A stretch of DNA of 63,921 nucleotides. Origin: Gonapodya sp. JEL0774. Lineage: Eukaryota. The position numbers were made by a program, and so were the translations under genes. The notes beneath the pieces were generated by a model. That model was not told where the DNA came from, did no database searches, and saw only the letters and a program-made list of their open reading frames with translations. Of this stretch, positions 12,758 through 25,665 are shown piece by piece; position 1 is the stretch's first letter; every line of letters starts with the position of its first letter. The stretch spans positions 1 to 63,921 of the forward strand of contig JADIIX010000072.1 in assembly GCA_027604505.1 (NCBI GenBank), written 5' to 3'.

Positions 12758-13498
12758 TCATATTTTCGCGTCCGAACTCTCCTCCCATAGTGTCATCCCA
12801 CTACAGGAGCACACCTTCTTCGTATTCTCGAAGAGGCCAGCAGATCTGGCAACGACTCCACACACCACATCATCTGGATGTATGGTGCCCTGCTTTTCTG
12901 CAGACGAGTCCACAACCACGATGGAGCGTCCAATCACGTCCCACACCGAAAAGTCCCTTGCTTCGGCAACGAAATCCGCCCTGCCATCAGCGTCTGTTCT
13001 GACTGTTCCCAACTCGTACAGAAGATTACCGGTTGTCGTCGCGCCCCCGGAAATGTCCCCTGACTCATGAACGCGGACGACAAGGTCGACGTGCGGAGGA
13101 AACCCATCAAGGGAAACGTCAACAGCACAAATGGCATCATCCACCTGCATTAATCTCGCCAGGCCGCGGTTGTTGTGTTGCGCCCAGCCGCGAGCGCCCT
13201 TGAAGATCTCGAATATGCACACGGCAGCACCTTGGTGAGATGGGGATCCTGGAACACCGCCCGAGCCCCGAAGTACAGCCGCACGGCCAGAGGAGCGGAT
13301 CAGCTGAATAAGGCGTGAGGGCGGAATGGCCGATGAAAGTATCACGCGTTGTTCAGGGATGGAGTAGGTAATCTCGGAAATTTGGTTGGAATCGAGCGCT
13401 GTCTGAAGCACTGCCTGGACAGAGTCCACGCAATTCTGGCATTTCAACTCGACACCAAACTCAAGGGAGAGAGGCCGCGTGAGAACAGAGCCAACCAT
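12758..13498 (-). CDS. CCS1: copper chaperone for Cu/Zn superoxide dismutase, intronless
   Basis: HMA domain EFGVELKCQNCV, SOD-like domain (VHESGDIS, DVIGRSIVV, CGVVARSAG) and C-terminal CXC (VCSCSG..LWEE). Confidence 0.93.
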   Translation of the reverse strand: MVGSVLTRPLSLEFGVELKCQNCVDSVQAVLQTALDSNQISEITYSIPEQRVILSSAIPPSRLIQLIRSSGRAAVLRGSGGVPGSPSHQGAAVCIFEIFKGARGWAQHNNRGLARLMQVDDAICAVDVSLDGFPPHVDLVVRVHESGDISGGATTTGNLLYELGTVRTDADGRADFVAEARDFSVWDVIGRSIVVVDSSAEKQGTIHPDDVVCGVVARSAGLFENTKKVCSCSGMTLWEESSDAKI

Positions 13499-13938
13499 CT
13501 TAAATTCCTCGGGACCAAATAAGTATCGGGGTTTCGAGAGCATTCTGAAACACAAACCAGGCATGAACAAACAACTGAAAATTTGAAATAAATTGTACAG
13601 TTCCTTATTTACAATTGAGATTTTCCAACTTTTCTCTCGTGGACTCAATACACAATTTCCGAGTGCGTGCGCGTCTTTGTAAAACAATCCCGATCCGGAA
13701 ATTTACACTCCTCCACACTACACAAAGTACGCCTGCCACAAAGTTCAAATATGAATGGAAAAGGGTAGTAAACGTCCAAAAGTGTGGAAGAGGGTGAACC
13801 CCCCCTGATTTTTTCAGGCGGGGCCGTGCGTGAATGAACAGACAATCTTGGAAGAGATGGAACGGAGATGATGACCAGGACCTTCAGAGAGTTGTGGAGT
13901 ATGTACAAATTGGTGGAAGTGTGAATGTGCGATGACGT

Positions 13939-15861
13939 TCACCAGACCGTGTGGTCGTCGCCATAGGCAACCTCTGGTATCTCTGCAGCAGGCTTCCCGC
14001 CGTTGCCCGAGAAGCTATGGTTACGCATCCGCGATCGCAGACTCCTGACGCGCCAAGTCGGGTCCACGAGAGTATTCTCTGCAGCACTAAGCGAAGGCGA
14101 TGACATTCCACTCAGTAGTGTCGTGCAGGTAGAGGTGGTAAGTGAAGATGAAGTTCGGTTTGTTGTCAGAGACATGTTGGAATGGAGGGACGCAGCGGAA
14201 AGTTTGCGGGTGGTTCCAGAAGAAGTGGCGGAAGTTGTCGAGTCGGAGCGTGGCCGAGTCTCGTCAGCAGCTTGAACGGGTGACACATCAGAGTCACTCG
14301 GAGATACGGCTGTTGCTGGAGGCAATGGCTCCATGGTCATAACCAAGTTGTTACCGAATCCGTTGCGCCTTTTGGCATAGGTTCTATTGAGAACTGCACC
14401 GGCAGTCACGCTCCTTTGGACTGTGCGAGACACGGTACGAGGTGTTTCCACTTCGTCATCCACAATTCGCTCCAACGCGTGCAGTTGCTGATGACTCCCA
14501 TGTGCCCGGTTCAACCTGGTGACAGCGTGACGACGCAGATCAGCCTCGGACTGAGAGCGTCCACGATTCCCCGCTGTAGCTTCCTGCTCAATTGGCTGTG
14601 CTGCCATTGCCGGCTCCATGATGCTCTCAAAAGTGGCAAGGTTAATTTTGCCCTCAAAAATCGGGAGGTCTGGTGTTGACCAACCACGATTTACACGACG
14701 GCGCCGGAGAATTGCGGCTTGAAGGAGCGTAGGGCTTTGGAATATGTTGTCAGAATTCGGTGCCTCGGTGAGTTTTTGGGATAGTAGTGACAATCCAGAC
14801 GAGTTGCGGCGGATGCTGACAACCAGCTTTGGAAAGTCGGCCGACTCGGCCACGGAAGAATCCGCCGTAGTGGAGACAGAAACACACGATTCCGTTGGGG
14901 AACCGCCGTAAGTGAAAGAAACTTTGCGACGAGCTTGCCGGATGCTCATCAATCCTGCGGAAGGCGAACTGTCGACAATGGTCTGGGTCAGCTGTACGAC
15001 TGGTAGAGCCGAATCCTGCCCCGACTCGAAATCTCTCGCTTCCTCTTTTGCAGCTTCAACAGAAGCATCGGACTCGGGGGAGGATTCGTCCACGATTTCA
15101 GATGAGTCCTGGAAGAAAGTGCGGAAGGATTCGTTTAAGTAAATCTCACACGCTAGGTATTGCAAAACATTTCATGTTCCCACCTTGCTCTTCTCATCTG
15201 CGCTGTCTCCATTCAGAGAAAATATCGGCTTCCGTTTCGGATAGGAATCGAAAACACGAGATTGAGTGGGTGTGGCATTCTCAGTGGGAGAAGATGGTTC
15301 TTCTGGAGATCCTGTGGTAAAGAGCGCACCCATGCGACCTGAAGTGACCGCGCGGGGTGGCTGACGGGAGGGTGGGGAATTCGAAGCCATTGACATGATG
15401 GGAGTCGATGTTGATCGGGAATGTGTCGATACAGGGGGGATCTTCTTAATCGCCGGCTCCACAGTTCTAATATCAGTTTCGAGAAGTGGGGGAGTCCCAC
15501 CGATTCGCGGGATAGGTGAAGTTCGGATCACCGCCGATCCGTCGGATTGGTTATTCCGGTGACGCTTCCAAAGCTCCCAAGGCCAGCGCTGAGTAGGAGT
15601 GGGTTGAAACGACTCCTCCACGGTTGATGGTGTGGCGAGAGATGCGACAGAGAGGCGTCGCGAGTGGAAGAGGTGGTTCAAGGCGGTGTCCAGGTGAGAA
15701 TGGTGGTTTGGCGAGTACACGACAGCCATGCAGAAGCTGTCTTCCGGAAGTACTACGGAATGGCCTGGACGACTAATCTGAGGTTGGGAACGCGGTATCC
15801 AGGAGCTGCTGCAGAAAAATGTTTTTGGCGCCGGAAGAGAGTGAGGGGCAGGGGTTGCCAT
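13939..15861 (-). CDS. hypothetical Ser/Pro/Thr-rich disordered protein (probably two exons)
   Basis: Adjacent 229-aa and 408-aa ORFs on the same strand. No recognised domain; junction not resolved. Confidence 0.55.
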
Positions 15862-18233
15862 GTGATAAACGTGTCAGGGAAGCACCCGGAGAATCAAGCC
15901 AGAAGGGGAAACAGATGCAGATGGTTACAAAAAATGATTAGAAATCAAAAAAACGCATGAAAAAAATTATAGTATCATTTCCCGCTCATGCAATTGGAAT
16001 CCTCACTTTCCGAGGGTCGGAATCACAATACATCCCGTGCAACATCTCCTTCTCCCTTCGTCCAAATAGATTTCGAAACTGCTCCAAGCTCCCACCAAGC
16101 TTTATGTGCTTGAACTCACCGATAAGCGGACGAAACTTCAGGAATCGGCCGAAGTCTGATTGCGACAAAAGGGAACTCTCCCACAAGATTGGACCTGAGC
16201 GAGCGATTGGTGATATGGGAGATTCTGGTGCTATTCGCTTATTCTTGATGATACTTGAACCAGCAAGCTCTTGGAACGCCGGGTCAAAAACAAAGGGAGA
16301 GCCTGTTAGGTAAGACAGGGCCCCAAGGCCAGTCAAGAAAAAGGACCGATGTTGAACTCGGTCCGATTGGCAGCGCACTTAGCTGCAGAATTTAGAAGCT
16401 CACCTTGAGATTCGGCGATTTTCAGGGCCAAGTTTGGTTTTCGAAAATGACAGGTGAGGTGCCATGTCATGGATGGGTTGGTCCCAGTCAGGCACAACCC
16501 GAGGGACGAAGAAGTTCAAGATTTGGTGAGATAAGCAAACGCAAACGATTTAATATAAGCAAAAAATCAATTGTGAGCATTGATCCGTGGTTTCCGAAGC
16601 TCGGACGATACCCGAACACGGATGCTCCAGACGCAGCTGAGCTGGCATGTGAAGCTCCCAGACACACATCCAGAACACACCTCACAGCTATAATTCCAGT
16701 GTAGATGTTGATCAAGTATTGAGATTGCTAAAACTGGCTCCTAGGGGTTGGGACGGTGTCCGTTCTCGCGGAGAGGAATGCTGCCGCGGGCGGGCGCCGT
16801 TGGAAAGTTGGAAAGAGAGGAGCACCCAGAGTCGTCCGGTGTAGGAATTATTGAGGGGGAACGATTTCCGGGCGGAAACTTCCGGGAGTTGGAGTGAATT
16901 TCCCGGTGAAGCGGGAATTATTACTGAGGATGTCGTCGGTCACAAAACTCTGTTCCCGCCTTTGCCAGGCCCTCATCTCCGGTTTGTTTCATGCCCCCAA
17001 AATATTCCCGAAAACTCCAGAGACAGATCTTCCCATATTTATGCGAGTAGCACTTACGTGTCTCGTCAATTTTTCTGCCCTTCGGACTGTGGCGCACATG
17101 TGCATTCCGTTCCCGTTTCCTATGACTTTGGATCGACCAGCCTGCCTTTGAGCTATGCAGGAAGTCTTTATGCTTGTCACTTAGTCCCACTTGCGACAAT
17201 ACTGGACTGCCGTCCATGCTCGCCCTACCTTCAATCCACTTGCATGTAGTAGAAATTACAATGGTCAAGATTCCCCCGCACTTATGAGAGATTTATGCAT
17301 ATCTTTGTGCTCATGATAAACTCAAGCATCTTGCGGTGTGAAATATCAGCCACTGCACAATAAACAGAAGCGAACAAGCGAGCAAACGAATAACAAGTCT
17401 TTGCAAGCAAGTTATCCGCAACCGTCAGTCCCAACGTTGGGGGATCATGGAGGTGACGAGGATCGATGCCAAATCTATTTGATAGTGTATACATATATTT
17501 CAGGAGGCTCGGCCCAATGTGATATGCGGTGGAGGCTGATGAAGATATGCCGAAACGCAGACATCTCACGCACCAGGCCAGGCACGATACGGCGCCTATA
17601 GCCAGCGCAACTACTTGTAGCTGGTTCTTTGTTTGTGGTGGAGTGTGGTTGTTGCTGAATTTTCATGCATTTTTCAATGATGGTGTCGGATACCAACTCC
17701 CGCAACCGGTGTTCCCACGCTGTTGAAAAAGGTAGCGATCATACTAATAAGATGCGATTCTACAGCAGGGAGACATTCGAAAGTGCCTCATAAATATCCC
17801 AACTGAAACACGATGTGAGAATTCACAAATTTCTTTGTGCTGGGCAACAATGGTTGAGGAGCGTCGGGTGCTCATCGGCGCCCTTCATGTCCGACTCGGT
17901 AACATCAAACATGCGTTCGCAGAGGAACAAAATAACGCTCTGGAAATGGACACAGGTCCATGTTATTCCCGTTTCTTTAATTGCTGCATAGTTCCACATC
18001 GAAAACTATCTTTGCTTTTGTGGATCGTTGTTTGATTGAAACTACTGGCTGAAAAGCAAACTTCCAACCCTCCGACTGTATGTGCAGGCAACAAACTTTT
18101 GCGACATTTTTATCGTAAAAGAGTTTGTATGCGCAGGGAAGACCGTCGCTTTGAATTATGTAACAAAAAAGCTCCAGACTGTGGGTTGTTGTATCAGAAC
18201 ACGTCACATGACATAACACGTCACGTGATGATA

Positions 18234-19165
18234 CAGTCGAACGGCAACTCAAAAACTGAATTCTGCTCCACTTATTTATTTTCCATACCGCATGTTTTTC
18301 TCAAAAATGAGCAAATGTGCAAAAGAACATGTCGAAGTTCCAAAGTATTTCGTTTTCGATGTTGAAGCTCAAGGGTGATGGCTCGGGCACTGTCTCTGAC
18401 CTCAAACTACATGAGGCGTCGTCGCTTACCGCGACCGCTCGGGTACTGATTTGCTTCCGACATCTCGGAATTCTTTGCTTGGAGCAGCCTTGCTTGTTTC
18501 CGAAATTTTCAATTGAATCAGGCTGCTCATCTCCGCGTGTAAGGTTGCATGCCAGCAGTCCAGCACCCACCAACGCTTCATCCGACAAAGTATCTGCACA
18601 TCCTGTAGTGAATCTGACACTGGACGGTGGAATAGAAGGAAGCGGGGAATTGAGGTATATTGTAATAGCTGGTCGCTCTGTGCACAGCACGCAGGGGCAA
18701 GGTAGTGTGGCCCACGGCAGTATCAATACCACGACAATCCATAGACACACGGCGCTGGTACAGCTCTCCACACGTTGCAGAGACGGAGATCGGACCTGGT
18801 GGGTACCGCTGAACTGGTATGGCGGAGGCTGCGCGGGTGCTGTAGAGGTTCGTGGATGATGCGGTTTTTGTGTTGAGAATCGTTCGCGCTTTGCAGTCAT
18901 TATTTTCTCGCTTCATTTTTTCTCGACTTTCACAGAAAAAGGGCAAGTTTACACGATAAATAAATGAAATGGAATGCGCAATAATGTTGAAAAACTGTTG
19001 GCCGTTTGATCATGGGTTATCGTTGGGCCTTAACATCGAAAATGAAATATTTGGAATTTCGGCATGTTCTATTGCACTATTTACTCAATTTTGAGAAAAG
19101 CATGGGGTATTGAAAATAAATTGAGTGAAACAGAATTCAGTTTTTGGGTGGCTGTTTGATCATCG
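18234..19165. mobile_element. decayed non-autonomous TIR DNA transposon (Tc1/mariner-like)
   Basis: AT-rich, approximately 140-bp imperfect inverted repeats at about 18234-18375 and 19022-19165. TA flanks both ends; the left end reads TA|CAGT. No transposase ORF. Confidence 0.55.
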
Positions 19166-19210
19166 TATACAGCACACTCTCTTTTTCCGACTCATACGCT
19201 CACTCACTAC

Positions 19211-22200
19211 CTAACGCACCCCTTGACTGCCACTCCCATTCCCGACCACCCCACCACTACCAACACCGCTATGTTGTCCCTGCTGTGCCGCTGCCACTGC
19301 CGCCGCCGCCATAGCCTCGCTCATAAGACTCATCCTTCTCAACGCATCGCCTTCCCTTCGCCTCTCGAGTGTACCACCTGGGACATCGGACCGACGCCTC
19401 TCCAAAGTGCCGGCTCGCGCGAGACCTGCACCCGGTAGGTTTCCAGTATTGGCCTCTATCCCATTCCCGCCCCCAACCCCTGGACCCTTCCTGTCCCCTG
19501 CCGAGTCGTCACTCCCAGATCCCTTTACCAACGCACCAACACCACCTGCCCGCCTGCCTACAGTTCCACCCCCCATGGGCATCGTCCCCGCCGACGTTGA
19601 GTTCACAAAGACACCCGAAACTGTACCCTCTCCCTCCCCCTGTCCCATTCCAACCCCTTCGCTAGCCCCACTCGCACTCGCGCTCACCCCCGCACCGCCC
19701 CCCCACCCCCACGGTGCATCCGACTGCCTCCGTTCGAGCGTTCCCGCCCGCCACGAAGCACCTTTGAACCCGTGATCAGTTCCTCCGGCCACCGATCCTG
19801 TGGATTCAGTCACGTTGAGCGATCGGGGGGGCAGATGGCTCTTTCCGGACCGCGGATGTCGACTGTGTGGTGTGGGATTTTTCAGTGTGCGGAGCGTGGG
19901 AAGGAAGTGCGAGACAAGGATGTGCAGGACCAGGAGCTGGGGGGAGGTGGGCGGAAGTGATTGTTTCAGAATGACGGTGAATGTGAGTTTCAAGTTCGCC
20001 ACTGTAAAGCCCCGTCATTGAACCCCTACGGTAGCAAACGGCGCTCTCGAACCTCTCAAGTACCTCGAATCCTGCCACGGCTCAACTGCACCAGCACCCA
20101 CCAACGCGCAACTTACGTCGACCACCATCGCACCCCACAAGACCACAAGAACGCGATCCAACGTGTCCGAGTCCGTCGCGAGAACGCTCGGGGTGGTGCT
20201 GTTGAAGGTTGGGGAGAGACCTGGATCGTCAATCGGGGTACCGGTAGGGGCATGAAGGGTAGAGCAAAGTTGAGCGAATGAGCGCATTCAACCAACAAAC
20301 GTCACATGGACGCCAGATTGAAAAGAAATAAAACACGTGAAGAAGAAGAACATGGATGAGAAAAGGGGGCAGAGTCACAAAAATAACTACCACAGCAACT
20401 ACAGCGATAAAATCGCACGAAGAAAGATTCAGCCCTCTCGCTCCAACTCACATTCCAAGCAGCCCATCCCGTTCCCCAAGGTATTGTTGGCGTAGCATGA
20501 CCAGATGAGCTGCTCAATGGCCACATTAAGTTCAGGAGCGCAGGCTGGTTGCGGATGGGTGGAGCGTGGAGCGTGTGGTGCATGTGGTGTGGAATGGGAT
20601 GGGGATGGGCACGAACCGGTGGCGGCGGACGCCCAGTCCCACAGGGAGAAGATACAAAGACAGCGTTACGTTGAATAAGTCTCGCCCTGTTTTCGACTTT
20701 GAAAACTTTTCGATTTTTGATTTTTCGTGAGACGTACCGTCGGTACAAACTCCACACGATACCACGAGAGTGTCCTTGATGTCGACCGTACATGAACAGA
20801 CGATGGCGAGCAGGACCGAGAGAACGATCGAGAGGGACATGTACTATTTGTGTGTGGTTTGAGGGGCGGAAAGCGGGTGTTTTGAGAGGTACGTGGGAGA
20901 GAGTGTTTTGGATTCGCAACGGTGGCTTCCTTCACCGGAGTCCACCACTGCGTGCCACCCAAACAACCGACGCAAAACACGGCGATTTTCCCCCTGCCAC
21001 TGCCACCACCAGCCAGCACTCACCGTCCAAAATCCCACCAGAACCTTCCCGCCCATCCCCCCGCCGTCCCGCGCTTCCTCTCGCGCACCGAACCTCTCCT
21101 TCTCCCCGCGCCCGCCGTACCCGCCTTTCCCCCTGGTCCCGTCGCGACCCCCACCTCCACCTCCACCGTCCCCTTCCCGCCACTCGGGCCACCAGGATCC
21201 CGCGGGACCAACACCGGCACCGGCACCGGCGATGCGGAGGGACCCGCCGCCGCCGATGCGGCCAAACGAGATGGAACGGGACAGAGCGGAGAAGACCGAG
21301 GTGCCCGAAATGGAGAGGGTCGAGTAGATTGATCCCATGTGGGCGACGACGGACGAGGCTGTGGTGGTGCGGGGGAGGCGGGAGGGGGTTGGGGATGGTG
21401 GGGAGGGGGAGGGGGAGGACGGGGTGCGGTGTGAGGATGTGGTGGACGCGAGGGCGGTGTGGGCTGGTGGTGGGGACGCTGCGACGGCGATGGCGATGGC
21501 GGCGGGTGTGGTGTGGAATCGGTGGTGGGGCTGAGGGGATGAGGAGGCTACCGCTGCGGCGGGCAAGGCCCCCCGCGGATGTCCCAGAGTGCCCCACTGG
21601 ACGCCTCCCGTCCCCTCCCCATCCTTGGTCTCCTTACTGTGTGGCTCGCCCGCCCCACTCGCACCCCCACCCCCACCGCGTTCGGCTCCGCCCTGGGCAC
21701 GTGCCCACCTGACGGTGATCCCGCCAATGACCGAGACCGGTGCGCGGAGGAGGAGAATGATGGCAAGGCCGGCAGAGAGGGCGGTGTTGGGGGTCGGAGC
21801 GAGGGAGGAGATGAGATGGGGGGGTCTGAGGAGGATGAGGAGGGAGATGAGTATGTGGAGGGCCTGGTGTAACCGGTGCGGAGGGAGAGAAGGGTGAGGT
21901 TGAGCAAGGGCCACGGAAAATGTTGAGAAAAGGCGTAGACTGTGAAGAGACGTCGTGGGCCTGCATAAATCCCTCAATCAAGAGAAACCAGATAGGAGTT
22001 TGAGGTAGTGAGGTTTTCCCTCGTTCTCCGTTCCGCTGGATGTGCTGGGGCTGACGCAATCGTACACCAAATCAAAACATTTTAAGAGCACCAGATCCGT
22101 CCGATGTCACGCGCGCTGTGATTATGAGTACACGCCATGTCTGCCATGTGCGCGGGGGAACCCACCGTGTGAAATCCGAGCGCTGCAAATGCAGTCCTAT

Positions 22201-23152
22201 AATCGAGTGCAGCATGTTCAAAAGCGACAAAGGGGGCCACGAGTAAGCGTTTCATGCGGCCTGAGAACGTGAGCGGGGTGTCGGGAGGGTTGTTTGCGTG
22301 GTTGGGGTGGTTTCGGTTGTACTGGTTTGCGTAGAAGTAAGACGCGAAGGAATCATTGGTAGTTTGGATGTATGAGAGGAAGGATGGCTGTGGAGACGAG
22401 TTTGCGGGATGGTGGGGGTGCGGGGGATGTTGATGCGGTGGGACAGAGGAAGGGGGAGGGGGGGTCGGGTGATGGAGGTGTCCTGGTGGGGACTGCGAGT
22501 GGGAAGGTGGGTGAGAGGTGGCGCTGGCAGATGCTGCGATGCGTTGGGTGGTGGAAGAAGGGATGTTTGTCTTTGAGTGCTGCTGCGCGGGTGGGCGAGA
22601 GGAGTGTGTGGAGTGGGTGCTGGCTCTGCGTTGCGGCTGGTGGTTCAAGAGGGGTGGCTGAGAGTTTTGGTGGTGCAGCTGTGGCGAGTGGTGGACGAGA
22701 ATAGACGAAGGCGGGTGTGAGGGTGCGGGTGCAGGGGGTTGTTGGTGTGTGATTGGTTGAGGTGATGGGGGTGCGGATGCGGGTGGTGATGGGGGAGATG
22801 CTGCTGGTTGGGGGGGAGATGCGGGATTGGAGAGAGGCAGAGGGGGCGGGGGAACAAAAGTTGGGAGAGGCAGAGGCAAAGTTTGCAGAGCGGCTTCTGA
22901 TGGGGAGGCGAACGAAGAAGCGGAGAGCAAGATTGACTGGAGGATGTGCGGGTGGTCCGAGTGGGGCAGATTTGACGGCGGCGGGAGAGAGGGGAGCGGG
23001 GGCAGAGCAGGTGACGTCATGCGACGAGAAGCGAGAGCGGGATGGGTGGGAGACGCGAGCGAGGGGCGGCGAGGACGCGGCTGCTGCGGAGGCGTTGACG
23101 GGGACGGGGCGAACGCAGACGCAGACGCATCAGAGCTGCGCACACCAGACAT
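19211..23152 (-). CDS. hypothetical multi-pass membrane protein with Pro/His-rich N-terminus and Gly-rich C-terminus, multi-exon
   Basis: Long same-strand ORFs (356, 377 and 263 aa) plus hydrophobic exons (LHILISLLILL, SIVLSVLLAIV, VLVVLWGAMVV). Exact splicing unresolved. Confidence 0.55.
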
Positions 23153-24332
23153 CGTGGGGTGCAGAGGGACGGGAGATGGGAGAGCGCAGACTGCGGGAGT
23201 GCGTGGAGCGCGTGGAGTGCCCGGTCAGAGCTGTGGGGGCGTTTGGGGACACACAACCCCTAATCGATCACTCGATCACTCTCGATGCCGGGATGTGGCG
23301 CCCGCTCAGGAACGATTTGTCTGATTGCTTCTAGAACTCTTCTTCTTCTGGCAGTTGTGCTTGTCTTTGCCCGAGTCTGAAATGACGGCTCATTCGCATG
23401 ATTATCAGAGTTGCACCCTCTCGGTCACCACCCGGTCTTTCGCCCCAACCGACCCAGCACATTGTCAACTTTCATATACGCGTCCGCAGAAAGCAAGAAA
23501 GCACAGGGAGCTCAGAATCTACTCAATGGAACAGATGGATCCGTCATGGTCAAAGCGACAGGAAAATCTGCCTCGAACATCACATAAATTTACTTGAAGA
23601 CATCCCACAAACCAAGGTATGACATCAATCCGGTTTACATAAAAGGAACGCGTGATCTACTATGAGCTCCAGCAGGCCAGGCATCTCCCCTGAAAGGTGG
23701 ACTGTACTCGTTCTGAAAGGATCCGATACCTACCATACTTGCTTTCATTGTATACGCGTCAGATTGTCGCAATAGGACGCACTGGATCACAAGAATGCTG
23801 GTTGTACCAAGAGAGGATCGGGGGCTGGAGCACAACTAGTCTTCCTATTAATTCAAAGAGAATGTCCGAATAGATCAATGATCATGTTGATTGTGGGTAG
23901 TTCTGACCAGAACTCACCTTGGTGAATGGATCTGGAACAAAGAAGTGTTTTCGAAGTCAGAATTTGTCTCAAAAAACGCCGTCCTCTGTACCGAGGTCTG
24001 AGACTCTGACTTCTTGACCTGCCAGGACAGCATAACTGAATCTCCCAATGATCACCATCCCCGAGTTTGTGTACGGATTGGGATGTATTGGATGCCCATT
24101 GCCACTCCATTCACTACGGATCAGCACCGACCTCTGCCGAGATTCCGCTGCTTGGTCGTTGCGATTCGCACGAGTCAGCTGTTGGTTTGAAACAAATTGC
24201 AGTTCTTGAGGTCGCATGCTTCTAGAAGGTTGTTTGCAATTGCTTGGTTTCTTTTACATGTCTCTTCCTGGAAAATCCCCTCAATACGCTTTGATCCTCA
24301 TCATCATTCCATCGAACTTACACATAACAGTC

Positions 24333-25254
24333 TCACCCGTGAATACTGGCCATCTGACTGCCACGTGGCATCGTCGCAGCTCCTTGGCCTCGAGCTGAGA
24401 GAGGTGATCATTATCGATACCAGGTCACCGCAATTCCCACCCAGGATACTTCCCACCCCGCCCCACTCACATTCTTGAACTCCGCCTCTCAAGTCTTTCG
24501 GCCCTTGCTCGTTGTTCAATCTGCGCGAACCACCCGATTGGATGGTTCCGTGGGTCAACACGTAATGGAGGGCAACATCCGACGACGGCGTGGCAAAGGT
24601 TGACCTGCGACAAGAGGCAAAAGGCGGATGGTATAGATCAGGGGAGTTTCAAATGATGTCTTGCGGGTGATCGAGAACAAGTTTTTGATGATGGGTGAGT
24701 GACTCAACACCCGGAGCTCTCTATGCAAACAGCAGGCAGATTCCACTGACAAAACGCTTGGCATTGAACGAGCTCGTATCGCACTTTTCCGATGTGAGCC
24801 ACTCATTGAAGCGGCCCATCCAATCCACGTACATGATCTCAGATTTGCTTGGCCGGTCTGCGATGCCCGCATTGGATCCGGTCCGGTGGATCCAGAGGTC
24901 AAATGTCTGCACGACCTCAACAAGTGGAATGGAATTGTCTGGGTCCGCGTGAAAGAGGGTGTGGTGGTTTGCATTTTGAGTGAGGTAAATATGACGTCAG
25001 CAGAATAGGCAGGATTTCTAGGAGAGGATAAAAAGAGAGGAGACGGACCTTTCCGCCACTTTTCCAACATTCCCTCATTGACGTAGACTACCCCTGTTAT
25101 GCCGCATGGATACAGAAGCAGAAGATTTGAGGATACTGTCATTGCATGGTGTATGCATATGCTTTAACTCACAAGCAGGATCGACGCCCTCTTTGCCGCC
25201 AGCTGACTGCTTGGGCTTGTAGACTACTTTGCTGACGTGTGTTGAGTTGGACAT
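24333..25254 (-). CDS. RTC3: SBDS N-terminal (FYSH) domain protein, Rtc3/YHR087W-like, 5 exons
   Basis: Spliced MSNSTHVSKVVYKP...|WVVYVNEGMLEKWRK|DNSIPLVEVVQTFDLW...AGIADRPSKSEI|MSTFAT..DVALHYVLTHG matches the Rtc3 pattern KW..D.SIPLV.VV..F, G...R.SK, IL..G. Confidence 0.8.
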
Positions 25255-25665
25255 ATTCTTGGTTTGGTCTGGTTTGGAAATGCCCTGGGACAGGTTCTTC
25301 CTTGTTGGTTCCCGCTTTGGTCACTCAACCCTTCCCTATCCCGGCTGTAGATATAACTAGGGAATTGTACGTTACTGATAATTACTACTTTCCAGTCTTG
25401 TTCTGCGTACGACCAACGATTGACGAACGCAAACCTGATACCGCAGTATTCTGTTAAGTATGTATACCTGGCACCGTCATCATGCAGCCACCGGTTTCAA
25501 AATGACTGAGATTTCATGACCGCATGTTAGTTGCTTCATAAAGTCATAGCTGGCTTCAAGTAGTGTAAAATGACTGATGGAGAAAGGACATGGCTGGGAT
25601 CGGCATATGCTGGTCGTGTCGGAACCCAGTTGATGCGGATCCAGAGAGAAACCCTGACGATTCTA

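Noticed and set aside
13499..13687. 62-aa N-terminal extension of CCS1 in the ORF track
   Set aside because: It begins at a non-ATG codon in AT-rich leader-like sequence. The ATG at 13498 fits the family start better.
15957..18230. Numerous 60-130 aa ORFs on both strands
   Set aside because: No recognisable motifs or coherent splice path. Treated as intergenic or decayed sequence.
20792..23334. Multiple long overlapping + strand ORFs
   Set aside because: Low-complexity GC-rich antisense frames of the minus-strand membrane-protein gene.
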